Positions 22,501-31,733 are shown, counted from the stretch's first letter. The stretch: DNA of 64,000 nt from Desulfomicrobium sp. (GCA_040768745.1 JAXGMI010000001.1:448001-512000); one strand, 5' to 3'. Notes: a model not told the origin generated them from the sequence alone. A program made the numbers and translations.

Positions 22501-25500
22501 GACGTGCAGGTCGACGAGGGCCAGGACGCCGTCTTCACGGTCAGCGTGACCAACGCGGCCCCAGGCAGCACCGTCACCCTGACCCTGGCCGACGGCACGG
22601 CCGTGGACGCCGACTACAACGAGGCCCGCTTCCAGTTCAGCACAGACGGCACGACCTGGTCCGACGTGACCGGGCCCATTGACGTGCCGGACGGCAGCTC
22701 CACCCTGCTGGTCAGGACCGACACCGTGGACGACGCCTCGGACGAGCCAGACGAGACCTTCTCCCTTTCCGCGACCCTGAGCACCGGACAGAACGACGCG
22801 GGCCAGGCCACCATCCTCGACAACGACGAGCCCGTCCCCCCGACCCCGGCCGTGAGCGTCAGCGACGTGCAGGTCGACGAGGGCCAGGACGCCGTCTTCA
22901 CGGTCAGCGTGACCAACGCGGCCCCAGGCAGCACCGTCACCCTGACCCTGGCCGACGGCACGGCCGTGGACGCCGACTACAACGAGGCCCGCTTCCAGTT
23001 CAGCACAGACGGCACGACCTGGTCCGACGTGACCGGGCCCATTGACGTGCCGGACGGCAGCTCCACCCTGCTGGTCAGGACCGACACCGTGGACGACGCC
23101 TCGGACGAGCCAGACGAGACCTTCTCCCTTTCCGCGACCCTGAGCACCGGACAGAACGACGCGGGCCAGGCCACCATCCTCGACAACGACGAGCCCGTCC
23201 CCCCGACCCCGGCCGTGAGCGTCAGCGACGTGCAGGTCGACGAGGGCCAGGACGCCGTCTTCACGGTCAGCGTGACCAACGCGGCCCCAGGCAGCACCGT
23301 CACCCTGACCCTGGCCGACGGCACGGCCGTGGACGCCGACTACAACGAGGCCCGCTTCCAGTTCAGCACAGACGGCACGACCTGGTCCGACGTGACCGGG
23401 CCCATTGACGTGCCGGACGGCAGCTCCACCCTGCTGGTCAGGACCGACACCGTGGACGACGCCTCGGACGAGCCAGACGAGACCTTCTCCCTTTCCGCGA
23501 CCCTGAGCACCGGACAGAACGACGCGGGCCAGGCCACCATCCTCGACAACGACGAGCCCGTCCCCCCGACCCCGGCCGTGAGCGTCAGCGACGTGCAGGT
23601 CGACGAGGGCCAGGACGCCGTCTTCACGGTCAGCGTGACCAACGCGGCCCCAGGCAGCACCGTCACCCTGACCCTGGCCGACGGCACGGCCGTGGACGCC
23701 GACTACAACGAGGCCCGCTTCCAGTTCAGCACAGACGGCACGACCTGGTCCGACGTGACCGGGCCCATTGACGTGCCGGACGGCAGCTCCACCCTGCTGG
23801 TCAGGACCGACACCGTGGACGACGCCTCGGACGAGCCAGACGAGACCTTCTCCCTTTCCGCGACCCTGAGCACCGGACAGAACGACGCGGGCCAGGCCAC
23901 CATCCTCGACAACGACGAGCCCGTCCCCCCGACCCCGGCCGTGAGCGTCAGCGACGTGCAGGTCGACGAGGGCCAGGACGCCGTCTTCACGGTCAGCGTG
24001 ACCAACGCGGCCCCAGGCAGCACCGTCACCCTGACCCTGGCCGACGGCACGGCCGTGGACGCCGACTACAACGAGGCCCGCTTCCAGTTCAGCACAGACG
24101 GCACGACCTGGTCCGACGTGACCGGGCCCATTGACGTGCCGGACGGCAGCTCCACCCTGCTGGTCAGGACCGACACCGTGGACGACGCCTCGGACGAGCC
24201 AGACGAGACCTTCTCCCTTTCCGCGACCCTGAGCACCGGACAGAACGACGCGGGCCAGGCCACCATCCTCGACAACGACGAGCCCGTCCCCCCGACCCCG
24301 GCCGTGAGCGTCAGCGACGTGCAGGTCGACGAGGGCCAGGACGCCGTCTTCACGGTCAGCGTGACCAACGCGGCCCCAGGCAGCACCGTCACCCTGACCC
24401 TGGCCGACGGCACGGCCGTGGACGCCGACTACAACGAGGCCCGCTTCCAGTTCAGCACAGACGGCACGACCTGGTCCGACGTGACCGGGCCCATTGACGT
24501 GCCGGACGGCAGCTCCACCCTGCTGGTCAGGACCGACACCGTGGACGACGCCTCGGACGAGCCAGACGAGACCTTCTCCCTTTCCGCGACCCTGAGCACC
24601 GGACAGAACGACGCGGGCCAGGCCACCATCCTCGACAACGACGAGCCCGTCCCCCCGACCCCGGCCGTGAGCGTCAGCGACGTGCAGGTCGACGAGGGCC
24701 AGGACGCCGTCTTCACGGTCAGCGTGACCAACGCGGCCCCAGGCAGCACCGTCACCCTGACCCTGGCCGACGGCACGGCCGTGGACGCCGACTACAACGA
24801 GGCCCGCTTCCAGTTCAGCACAGACGGCACGACCTGGTCCGACGTGACCGGGCCCATTGACGTGCCGGACGGCAGCTCCACCCTGCTGGTCAGGACCGAC
24901 ACCGTGGACGACGCCTCGGACGAGCCAGACGAGACCTTCTCCCTTTCCGCGACCCTGAGCACCGGACAGAACGACGCGGGCCAGGCCACCATCCTCGACA
25001 ACGACGAGCCCGTCCCCCCGACCCCGGCCGTGAGCGTCAGCGACGTGCAGGTCGACGAGGGCCAGGACGCCGTCTTCACGGTCAGCGTGACCAACGCGGC
25101 CCCAGGCAGCACCGTCACCCTGACCCTGGCCGACGGCACGGCCGTGGACGCCGACTACAACGAGGCCCGCTTCCAGTTCAGCACAGACGGCACGACCTGG
25201 TCCGACGTGACCGGGCCCATTGACGTGCCGGACGGCAGCTCCACCCTGCTGGTCAGGACCGACACCGTGGACGACGCCTCGGACGAGCCAGACGAGACCT
25301 TCTCCCTTTCCGCGACCCTGAGCACCGGACAGAACGACGCGGGCCAGGCCACCATCCTCGACAACGACGAGCCCGCGGACGACCAGCCGACAGTGAAGAG
25401 CTTCACACACACCCTGGTCGAAGACGGCGACGCCTACGATGTTTCCGGCGACGCACTTTCCGGTTCGAGCCTCGGCAACGGGACAGCGATGGAGCACGCG

Positions 25501-27645
25501 TTCGTATGGACAACAGCCCCGACGGCGGCCCAGTACGGAACCGTGACCCTGAACCCCGACGGGACATACAGCTACACGCTGGACAACACCAATCCTGAGG
25601 TGGACGCCTTGCAGGCGAACCAGCAGCTCACGGAAACCTTCCTGTACACATACACGGACACCGACGGCGACGAAGCGACGGGCAGCGTGACGATCACCAT
25701 CACGGGCGCTAACGATGCCCCGGTGGTCTATCCTGACACGAACTGGGCCATGGATGCCACAACCCCTGGCGGTGAAAACGAGCATATCCTGGCTGTGGGC
25801 AATGTCCTTGTCAGCTCCCCGCATTCCGGCGCCCCTGATGGACTCGACCGCGGAGACGTGAAAGACCAGGATGTGGATGCAACGGACACGCTGTCCGTCA
25901 TCCAGATACGTCTTGGCAATGCCGGCGCGGACCTGCCCGTGCAATCGGCCACGACATTCGAAGACGGAACAATCATCCAGGGCCTGTACGGAACATTATC
26001 CATCGGAGCGGATGGATCATACGTGTATGTGGTGGATTTTGACCATCCCGACGTCAACAGGCTGAACGTCGGAGAACATCTCCTGGATGTATTTACCTAT
26101 ACAGCAACGGATGGGAGCCTGCCGCGGGAAACCACGCTCAGCATCGCCGTGTTCGGGACCGACGATCCCCCGGTTTTCTCTCCGGCCATTGAAACATGGG
26201 TTCCCCTGGATTCGACACAAACGACTCCCGGCTATGAACTCGGATACCCCATCACTCTCGACATCCAGGATGTGGACTCGTCCTTCGGCATCAGATTCAT
26301 TGCTTCGCTGCCGGATGGCGACGCCCAGGCGGATGGACGCCTCGTTTACTACGAAAACGGTGAATCTGTGGACGTCACCGCAGGTACCGTGTTCGAATAT
26401 GAAGCGATTCCGCAGATCTACTACATTCCTCCTGCAGGAGTCGAGCTGACTTCGACATATCTGGATTCCGTGTCGTACGAAATCGTCGACAGCGACTCGG
26501 GCATGGTGTCCGGCACCGGAATCGTCAATATCCATGCTGTTCCTCCAGCAGCAATTGCCGGTCCGACTGCGCAGATCGGGGATGGAACCAATCCGCTGAA
26601 CTCTGGATCGGATCAGAAGTTCACCATCACATTCGCCAACGATACAGGAATGAACTTCATCAACTCGTTGCAGAACAATCTGGATGATGCCCACCTGACC
26701 ATGTACACCGATTTCCAGGTCGCCCCTTTCACCGTCCCTGTGGATGCAGGCAGCCAGGACGGACTTTTTCTTGAACAGCAGGTCCAGGTCCGGCTTGAAA
26801 TAGACGGACAGACATTCCTGGTCAAAAATGCGTCCGCAATGGATTCCGACACGTGGGCCTATGACTCCGAGACGGGATTGATGAAGGCTGTCGTGGACTT
26901 CGATGACATCATGCTGGCATTCGACAATGATCCCAACAAAAACAAGGATGACTGGCAGGTGGATCCCCATGGTGAAGGACCGGGCAACACCCTGACCTTG
27001 GCGGAATACCTGACTGCCCACCCGGCCAGCCCCACGGACACCTGGATCCTGATCTACAACGACACGACCGGAGGCAGCGAACAGGCACGCTTTGTCAGCT
27101 TTGCGTTCAGCGCCAACCAGGAAGGGGATGACAGCGTGGTTGTCACCGGAACGTCCGGTCTTCCGAACTTCATATTCGGCTCAGACACGGGCAATGATAT
27201 CCTCACCGGAGCCGACATGGATGACACCATCATTGGCCGTGGCGGGAATGATACCTTGTCCGGACAGGGAGGTGACGACATCCTCCTTGGCGGGGCCGGA
27301 AGCGACACCTTCAGATATACGGCCGGTGATGTTGGGGACGGTCACGACACCATCATGGACTTTCATGTTGCGCCCCTGGATGCGGAAGGCGACGTTCTCG
27401 ACTTCACTGGCGGCCTGACTGGTGCCACTCTGGACAACATCAGTTCCTTTCTCGAGTTCAGGAATATCAGCCAGAATCCTGACGGCAGCACAAAGGCGGA
27501 TTTGTTTGTCGATCAGAATGGGAGTGCAGGCGGAACTGATTTCGCATCAATTGCCACTGTACACATGACAGGAGTCGGCGACGCTGAATCTGGTACAGAA
27601 ATCCTGAATGCAATGATTGAAAACAATTCGATCAAGATCGCATGA
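16546..27645 (+). CDS. Giant T1SS-secreted repetitive adhesin (LapA-like): N-terminal retention region, 23 Calx-beta/Ig-like repeats, VCBS-like domains, RTX nonapeptides, C-terminal secretion signal
   Basis: IETAAG motif; 121-aa repeats VSVSDVQVDEG...DETF.L...GQATILDND; GTVTLNPDGTYSYTL...ITITGANDAP; GRGGNDTLS/GQGGDDILL/GGAGSDTF; flanked by T1SS genes. Confidence 0.95.
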   Translation: MAKNTQKTIQPIHAPQEGEMRTIDVTPDAPIKLSQEFEQAEPRVEGASLIFTFANGGQVVLDFSDLGQAALPNIVLADGTVLSVDEYLRGLGLQEIETAAGPGTQSGGVGAYEDDPGDIIDGVAKLGGLDPRDFPAVTDEELQGRGDDAGQATILDNDEPVPPTPAVSVSDVQVDEGQDAVFTVSVTNAAPGSTVTLTLADGTAVDADYNEARFQFSTDGTTWSDVTGPIDVPDGSSTLLVRTDTVDDASDEPDETFSLSATLSTGQNDAGQATILDNDEPVPPTPAVSVSDVQVDEGQDAVFTVSVTNAAPGSTVTLTLADGTAVDADYNEARFQFSTDGTTWSDVTGPIDVPDGSSTLLVRTDTVDDASDEPDETFSLSATLSTGQNDAGQATILDNDEPVPPTPAVSVSDVQVDEGQDAVFTVSVTNAAPGSTVTLTLADGTAVDADYNEARFQFSTDGTTWSDVTGPIDVPDGSSTLLVRTDTVDDASDEPDETFSLSATLSTGQNDAGQATILDNDEPVPPTPAVSVSDVQVDEGQDAVFTVSVTNAAPGSTVTLTLADGTAVDADYNEARFQFSTDGTTWSDVTGPIDVPDGSSTLLVRTDTVDDASDEPDETFSLSATLSTGQNDAGQATILDNDEPVPPTPAVSVSDVQVDEGQDAVFTVSVTNAAPGSTVTLTLADGTAVDADYNEARFQFSTDGTTWSDVTGPIDVPDGSSTLLVRTDTVDDASDEPDETFSLSATLSTGQNDAGQATILDNDEPVPPTPAVSVSDVQVDEGQDAVFTVSVTNAAPGSTVTLTLADGTAVDADYNEARFQFSTDGTTWSDVTGPIDVPDGSSTLLVRTDTVDDASDEPDETFSLSATLSTGQNDAGQATILDNDEPVPPTPAVSVSDVQVDEGQDAVFTVSVTNAAPGSTVTLTLADGTAVDADYNEARFQFSTDGTTWSDVTGPIDVPDGSSTLLVRTDTVDDASDEPDETFSLSATLSTGQNDAGQATILDNDEPVPPTPAVSVSDVQVDEGQDAVFTVSVTNAAPGSTVTLTLADGTAVDADYNEARFQFSTDGTTWSDVTGPIDVPDGSSTLLVRTDTVDDASDEPDETFSLSATLSTGQNDAGQATILDNDEPVPPTPAVSVSDVQVDEGQDAVFTVSVTNAAPGSTVTLTLADGTAVDADYNEARFQFSTDGTTWSDVTGPIDVPDGSSTLLVRTDTVDDASDEPDETFSLSATLSTGQNDAGQATILDNDEPVPPTPAVSVSDVQVDEGQDAVFTVSVTNAAPGSTVTLTLADGTAVDADYNEARFQFSTDGTTWSDVTGPIDVPDGSSTLLVRTDTVDDASDEPDETFSLSATLSTGQNDAGQATILDNDEPVPPTPAVSVSDVQVDEGQDAVFTVSVTNAAPGSTVTLTLADGTAVDADYNEARFQFSTDGTTWSDVTGPIDVPDGSSTLLVRTDTVDDASDEPDETFSLSATLSTGQNDAGQATILDNDEPVPPTPAVSVSDVQVDEGQDAVFTVSVTNAAPGSTVTLTLADGTAVDADYNEARFQFSTDGTTWSDVTGPIDVPDGSSTLLVRTDTVDDASDEPDETFSLSATLSTGQNDAGQATILDNDEPVPPTPAVSVSDVQVDEGQDAVFTVSVTNAAPGSTVTLTLADGTAVDADYNEARFQFSTDGTTWSDVTGPIDVPDGSSTLLVRTDTVDDASDEPDETFSLSATLSTGQNDAGQATILDNDEPVPPTPAVSVSDVQVDEGQDAVFTVSVTNAAPGSTVTLTLADGTAVDADYNEARFQFSTDGTTWSDVTGPIDVPDGSSTLLVRTDTVDDASDEPDETFSLSATLSTGQNDAGQATILDNDEPVPPTPAVSVSDVQVDEGQDAVFTVSVTNAAPGSTVTLTLADGTAVDADYNEARFQFSTDGTTWSDVTGPIDVPDGSSTLLVRTDTVDDASDEPDETFSLSATLSTGQNDAGQATILDNDEPVPPTPAVSVSDVQVDEGQDAVFTVSVTNAAPGSTVTLTLADGTAVDADYNEARFQFSTDGTTWSDVTGPIDVPDGSSTLLVRTDTVDDASDEPDETFSLSATLSTGQNDAGQATILDNDEPVPPTPAVSVSDVQVDEGQDAVFTVSVTNAAPGSTVTLTLADGTAVDADYNEARFQFSTDGTTWSDVTGPIDVPDGSSTLLVRTDTVDDASDEPDETFSLSATLSTGQNDAGQATILDNDEPVPPTPAVSVSDVQVDEGQDAVFTVSVTNAAPGSTVTLTLADGTAVDADYNEARFQFSTDGTTWSDVTGPIDVPDGSSTLLVRTDTVDDASDEPDETFSLSATLSTGQNDAGQATILDNDEPVPPTPAVSVSDVQVDEGQDAVFTVSVTNAAPGSTVTLTLADGTAVDADYNEARFQFSTDGTTWSDVTGPIDVPDGSSTLLVRTDTVDDASDEPDETFSLSATLSTGQNDAGQATILDNDEPVPPTPAVSVSDVQVDEGQDAVFTVSVTNAAPGSTVTLTLADGTAVDADYNEARFQFSTDGTTWSDVTGPIDVPDGSSTLLVRTDTVDDASDEPDETFSLSATLSTGQNDAGQATILDNDEPVPPTPAVSVSDVQVDEGQDAVFTVSVTNAAPGSTVTLTLADGTAVDADYNEARFQFSTDGTTWSDVTGPIDVPDGSSTLLVRTDTVDDASDEPDETFSLSATLSTGQNDAGQATILDNDEPVPPTPAVSVSDVQVDEGQDAVFTVSVTNAAPGSTVTLTLADGTAVDADYNEARFQFSTDGTTWSDVTGPIDVPDGSSTLLVRTDTVDDASDEPDETFSLSATLSTGQNDAGQATILDNDEPVPPTPAVSVSDVQVDEGQDAVFTVSVTNAAPGSTVTLTLADGTAVDADYNEARFQFSTDGTTWSDVTGPIDVPDGSSTLLVRTDTVDDASDEPDETFSLSATLSTGQNDAGQATILDNDEPADDQPTVKSFTHTLVEDGDAYDVSGDALSGSSLGNGTAMEHAFVWTTAPTAAQYGTVTLNPDGTYSYTLDNTNPEVDALQANQQLTETFLYTYTDTDGDEATGSVTITITGANDAPVVYPDTNWAMDATTPGGENEHILAVGNVLVSSPHSGAPDGLDRGDVKDQDVDATDTLSVIQIRLGNAGADLPVQSATTFEDGTIIQGLYGTLSIGADGSYVYVVDFDHPDVNRLNVGEHLLDVFTYTATDGSLPRETTLSIAVFGTDDPPVFSPAIETWVPLDSTQTTPGYELGYPITLDIQDVDSSFGIRFIASLPDGDAQADGRLVYYENGESVDVTAGTVFEYEAIPQIYYIPPAGVELTSTYLDSVSYEIVDSDSGMVSGTGIVNIHAVPPAAIAGPTAQIGDGTNPLNSGSDQKFTITFANDTGMNFINSLQNNLDDAHLTMYTDFQVAPFTVPVDAGSQDGLFLEQQVQVRLEIDGQTFLVKNASAMDSDTWAYDSETGLMKAVVDFDDIMLAFDNDPNKNKDDWQVDPHGEGPGNTLTLAEYLTAHPASPTDTWILIYNDTTGGSEQARFVSFAFSANQEGDDSVVVTGTSGLPNFIFGSDTGNDILTGADMDDTIIGRGGNDTLSGQGGDDILLGGAGSDTFRYTAGDVGDGHDTIMDFHVAPLDAEGDVLDFTGGLTGATLDNISSFLEFRNISQNPDGSTKADLFVDQNGSAGGTDFASIATVHMTGVGDAESGTEILNAMIENNSIKIA
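16985..25375 (+). repeat. Tandem array of about 23.1 copies of a 363-bp unit
   Basis: Unit recurs every 363 bp (17026 to 25012 is 22 steps); no differences between copies seen by eye and translations are identical. Confidence 0.97.
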
Positions 27646-27724
27646 AGACAAGAATATACGCTTTGATTTACATCTCTTAATTTTCAGAAATTCAATAAAT
27701 TTGAGAGATACAAAGGGCTGCACA

Positions 27725-28471
27725 ATGACATTTTTTCAGGATATGAAAGTTTCGGAAATTCATTCCTATGATACGCATACCAATAAATGCATTCCTGATC
27801 TTGCCGATGGGGGTGTTCCAGTGCAGTTCAGCCCATGCCCCGCAGCGAATGCACTGACCGAAACGGGAAGCATCCTGAAGCATGGACTGGCGAAAGATTC
27901 CTTTCGGGTCGTCTCCTTTGCGGGACTGCCTGTCCCGAAAACCTTCCTGACTGTCCATCCGCCCCAGGGCGGGGAGCTGACCGTCTGGCAGGACTGCGGA
28001 TACTCCTTCGTGCCCTTTTCAGCGGGCCCGGACAGAAGGGCCCGCGAGTCCATAACCACCTATTACAGCTATGTCATCGAGAACATCCATGGGGACACGG
28101 CCCAGGGAACATTCGCCCTGAACCGCATGGACGCGATCCCGTCCAGGATGCATGATTTCCAGTCCTGGTCCCTTTCAGATCTTCTCGAAATCCTCGGACT
28201 TTCGGACATGAGCGCCGATTCTCCATGGCCGGGACCTAGCCCTGTTCCCTCCCTCAATGCCGAGGGGGCCAACAAGGCGAAATCCATCCTGCAGTGGCTC
28301 GATGACTATGATTACTCCGCATCGAGGCCCAAAAATCAACCCCAAGCCCTTGATCCGGGGTCTTTCCTTTCCTGCGGCAAAGCACCCGGGAGGTGCCAAA
28401 ATAACGACGAAGAGGATGCCTCGGATCGTGTCCCGGGTTGCCACACCCAGGCGCCGGAAGATCAGCTGTGA
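27725..28471 (+). CDS. Hypothetical protein with a possible degenerate VCBS/Ig-like segment
   Basis: ORF between adhesin and TolC; GELTVWQDCGYSFVP...YSYVIENIHGDTAQGT resembles the adhesin's VCBS-type strands. Confidence 0.5.
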   Translation: MTFFQDMKVSEIHSYDTHTNKCIPDLADGGVPVQFSPCPAANALTETGSILKHGLAKDSFRVVSFAGLPVPKTFLTVHPPQGGELTVWQDCGYSFVPFSAGPDRRARESITTYYSYVIENIHGDTAQGTFALNRMDAIPSRMHDFQSWSLSDLLEILGLSDMSADSPWPGPSPVPSLNAEGANKAKSILQWLDDYDYSASRPKNQPQALDPGSFLSCGKAPGRCQNNDEEDASDRVPGCHTQAPEDQL

Positions 28472-28643
28472 AAATGGAAGGCAGGTTGATCAACGCAGAC
28501 GCATGGCGGGCACACGCATGACAGGCGGCCACGGCACCCATGGAAGACAAGCCCATGAATTTCGGTACAAAAAATGCTAAGTTAACCCTGAGCGCGTAGA
28601 TTTATTGCGAACAACCCCTCTCATCATCAGCACGAGGAACGGC

Positions 28644-29963
28644 ATGCGATTCAAAACATTCAGCTTTGCCTTGGCATTGACCTTCATGTCCTTCAGTGGC
28701 GCCGTCCTGGCCGAAGAACTGACCGTGATCCAGAAGACTGTCATTGACACCCTGCGGTACGCTCCACGTCTGGAAATGATCAAAAGTAACCGGGAAGCCG
28801 TAGGACATGACCTGGAAAAGTCCAGGGGCCGCTGGTATCCGAAACTGGATGCCCGCGGAGGCACGGGAGCGGATGCCTTCAGCAGCGATGTGACCCGCGA
28901 TTCGGGCAGGGACGACCATTGGAAAAGTCGCTCCGAGCTGGGGGCCTATTTGACCCAGCGTCTCTACGATGGCGGCGAGGCTTCCAGCCAGATCCGCCTG
29001 GACGAACGACGTCTTGCCTCTCTGAACCATCGCGTTTTTGACAACGCCGAGTCCCTGGCCTTGGACGCCGTCATCGCCGCCCTGGAGGTATACCGGCAAC
29101 GGGAGCTGTTGTCCCTGGCTGAAGAGAACGCCAGGGCGCACCGGGAAATCCTCGCCTCCCTGGAAGAGCGTGAAAAGGCTGGGGCCGGAACCGTGGCCGA
29201 TGTCACCCAGACCCAAGCGCGGTTGTTCATGGCCCAGGCATCCCTCCAAAAAACACATGCGGCCTTGCAGGCAGCCCTTTCCAATTACCAGCGCCTGACC
29301 GGCTATCTGCCGGGCAAGTTGGCCATGACCCCGTATCCTGCGCAGAGCATCCCCGGAACCCTGGAGGAGATGACTGCCGTGGCCAAGAGCGGCAACCCGA
29401 AAATCAATGCCGCAGGGGAGGATGTCAATGCAGAGTCGGAACGGGTGAACATAACGAAGGCCAACTACCACCCTTATGTCTATGCAGAGCTGTCCTCTGC
29501 GTACACCGATGGCGTGGAAGACCAGGAGGAATGGGAGCACGGCAATGCCGCCATGATCCGCTTCACCTGGAATTTGTTCAACGGAGGCTCGGACACAGCC
29601 GCGCAGAAAGCGGCCAAGGCTCGTCTCCGGCAGGGCGAAGCCGATCGCGAGGATCTGATCCTGGCGGTGGAGGATGAAACCAAGGCCACATGGGCGCAGT
29701 ACAAATCTGCCATCAGCGAAGTCAAAGAATACAAACAGGCAGTAGAATTCAACCGGACCACCAAGGACGTCTATCTGGAGCAGTTCAACGTGGCCCAGCG
29801 GAGTCTTCTGGACGTGCTCGACTCAGAAAACGAAGTTTTTCAATCGTCCAATCAGTTGGTAACGTCCTCAGTCAATGAACAGATCGCCGGGTACAAGCTT
29901 CTGGCCTTGTCCGGCAGCCTGATCAAAAGCCTGGGCGTGGATCCTGCGCTGTACAAGGAGTGA
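28644..29963 (+). CDS. TolC-family outer membrane channel (LapE/AggA-like)
   Basis: Signal peptide; WYPKLD, LTQRLYDGG, WNLFNGG, QRSLLDVLDSENE. Confidence 0.93.
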   Translation: MRFKTFSFALALTFMSFSGAVLAEELTVIQKTVIDTLRYAPRLEMIKSNREAVGHDLEKSRGRWYPKLDARGGTGADAFSSDVTRDSGRDDHWKSRSELGAYLTQRLYDGGEASSQIRLDERRLASLNHRVFDNAESLALDAVIAALEVYRQRELLSLAEENARAHREILASLEEREKAGAGTVADVTQTQARLFMAQASLQKTHAALQAALSNYQRLTGYLPGKLAMTPYPAQSIPGTLEEMTAVAKSGNPKINAAGEDVNAESERVNITKANYHPYVYAELSSAYTDGVEDQEEWEHGNAAMIRFTWNLFNGGSDTAAQKAAKARLRQGEADREDLILAVEDETKATWAQYKSAISEVKEYKQAVEFNRTTKDVYLEQFNVAQRSLLDVLDSENEVFQSSNQLVTSSVNEQIAGYKLLALSGSLIKSLGVDPALYKE

Positions 29964-30011
29964 TGCCCCTCCTCCACCTGAGTACCGAAGGCCTCCTCGC
30001 TCTCGCCAGCC

Positions 30012-30036
30012 AACCCCTGCCCTGCAGGGGTTTTTC
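30012..30036 (+). terminator. Rho-independent terminator after tolC-like gene
   Basis: aacccctgc-cct-gcaggggtt followed by a T-run. Confidence 0.8.
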
Positions 30037-30071
30037 GTTGCCCGCGGCCACACTGTCCTGAAATCCGGGAC

Positions 30072-30092
30072 AAAAAAAGCCCCTCCCGGGGC
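30072..30092 (-). terminator. Rho-independent terminator after PilZ gene
   Basis: Minus strand gccccgggaggggc-ttttttt. Confidence 0.7.
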
Positions 30093-30129
30093 GTGTCAAG
30101 GTCGCCTTTCTGCGTCCTGCGGCTCATGT

Positions 30130-30465
30130 TCAATGTGACGGAACCGGCTGTTTCCCCTGCTTCCCCTTGGGCGCAATCTCCAATCCAGCCGCATACATGC
30201 CTGAAAAACGGCCGTCCTGCTGTGCGCTCCAGCGGACCATGGCCATGCAGGACGTTTCGCCGGCAGGTTGGACATTCTCCGACTCGGGCCGGAAGCGTAT
30301 CCTGACAGGTTCGCCTTTGACCAAGGGCTGATCAAGTTCCACCAGCAACCCCCTTTCACTGGCATTGAGCACACGCGAAGGGATCGGCGTTCCCTCCAAA
30401 GAGTAACGCTCAAGGCTGCAGGCCGACAAACTCGCCCTTCTGGAGAACTGCCTCCGTTCGATCAT
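30130..30465 (-). CDS. Single-domain PilZ protein
   Basis: ERRQFSR (RxxxR) and NASERG (N/DxSxxG), VRW, GLE. Confidence 0.8.
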   Translation of the reverse strand: MIERRQFSRRASLSACSLERYSLEGTPIPSRVLNASERGLLVELDQPLVKGEPVRIRFRPESENVQPAGETSCMAMVRWSAQQDGRFSGMYAAGLEIAPKGKQGKQPVPSH

Positions 30466-30643
30466 TTTTCTTGGCCCTGAGAGGACAGGATATGCAAAAA
30501 ATATTGCTGTCCCACAATTACGTCAGACAAAAAACATTGTCCAGCATCATGACGGAAGATTGAGGCATGGCCGAGACATCCTTACTCCGAGAACAATTGC
30601 CTCCCTCTTCCGATCATCCCCTCTGGCTGCACAGCATAGGGCT

Positions 30644-30913
30644 TCAGTAGCGGCCATTTTTGACTGTGACCACAAAGAGTTCCAACTGTGGATCGTTTTC
30701 CGCGCTCACCCCGGGCTGATTCGGTTCGCACCACTCGAATCGGGACTCCCGCCAGACCACGGTGGTTCGCCAGGCCTTGAAGGCCGCGTCGACATAGACA
30801 ACGTCCACCTTGCCGGACGCATCATAGCCGGAATCATCGCAGACAATGCCGACCTTGGTGAATGCATGACCGTGTATGGTCACCGGGTAGCCCGGCTTGA
30901 TCCTGGGGCGCAT
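30644..30913 (-). CDS. Hypothetical protein (89 aa)
   Basis: Isolated ORF with GGAGGAAG upstream and plausible composition. Confidence 0.5.
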   Translation of the reverse strand: MRPRIKPGYPVTIHGHAFTKVGIVCDDSGYDASGKVDVVYVDAAFKAWRTTVVWRESRFEWCEPNQPGVSAENDPQLELFVVTVKNGRY

Positions 30914-31025
30914 GGGAAACTTCCTCCGTCAAGTTCGCAATAGTGGCAGTTCGTACTTGATAACGACCTTTTGGCCGCATGCAAAGAAAAATACGTTCCG
31001 CCTCCCAATGGCCGCCTTTTCACGG

Positions 31026-31058
31026 AAAGAAAAGCCCGCCTCCCTGGGGAAGCGGGCT
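31026..31058 (-). terminator. Rho-independent terminator downstream of pal
   Basis: Minus strand agcccgcttccccagggaggcgggct-tttcttt. Confidence 0.7.
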
Positions 31059-31199
31059 GGGTCCGTCCTGAACGCATTGTCTGCCTCTGCCGGTCAAGCA
31101 CTGTCGCCTTTTTGGTCAGGGAGAACTCCCTGACATGGCGCCACTCTGCTGACCTCCGTAGAACAATGCTTCATCTCATGAAAACTTCAATCTGCAGAG

Positions 31200-31733
31200 C
31201 TATTTGGCGCTGGCCTTGAACTCATCGCGTCTGTTCTTGGCCCAGGCAGCTTCGTTGGATTCCGCAACTGCCGGATATTCTTCACCATAGCTGATGATGG
31301 ACAACTTGGAAGAGTCAATGCCCATCAGGACCAGGAATTCATAGGCCGCACGGGCGCGACGCTCTCCGAGAGCCATGTTGTACTCGTTGGTGCCGCGTTC
31401 GTCACAGTGGCCTTCAATCAACAGGGCCAAACCAGGGTTGGCCTTCATCAGGTCCGACTTTTCGGTCAGGATCCGACGGGACTCTTCGGTCAGATCGCTC
31501 TTGTCGAAGGCGAAATAAATCCTGTCCGCGCCGATCTTGTCGATGGCCTGGCGCTGCATCTCCGCGAGACGCTGGGCCTCCAGTTCGGCCGCTGTCAGAC
31601 CAGTCGCCTTGGGTCCGGCCGCACCTGCCGCGGACGTCCCCGCAGGAGTGGAGCTCACTTTTTTGGAGCAGCCGCCGGCCATGCCGAGAAAAAAGACCAA
31701 CAGGGCCAATCCCAACAAACCAAACTTTCTCAT
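31200..31733 (-). CDS. pal: Peptidoglycan-associated lipoprotein
   Basis: Lipobox AGGC; IYFAFDK, IEGHCDERGTNEYNMALGERRA, ISYGEE, NRR. Confidence 0.93.
   Translation of the reverse strand: MRKFGLLGLALLVFFLGMAGGCSKKVSSTPAGTSAAGAAGPKATGLTAAELEAQRLAEMQRQAIDKIGADRIYFAFDKSDLTEESRRILTEKSDLMKANPGLALLIEGHCDERGTNEYNMALGERRARAAYEFLVLMGIDSSKLSIISYGEEYPAVAESNEAAWAKNRRDEFKASAK

Noticed and set aside
16402..25944. 3180-aa antisense ORF and the series of 115-aa ORFs
   Set aside because: Shadow frames of the GC-rich 363-bp repeat; the plus-strand adhesin has coherent domains and T1SS context.
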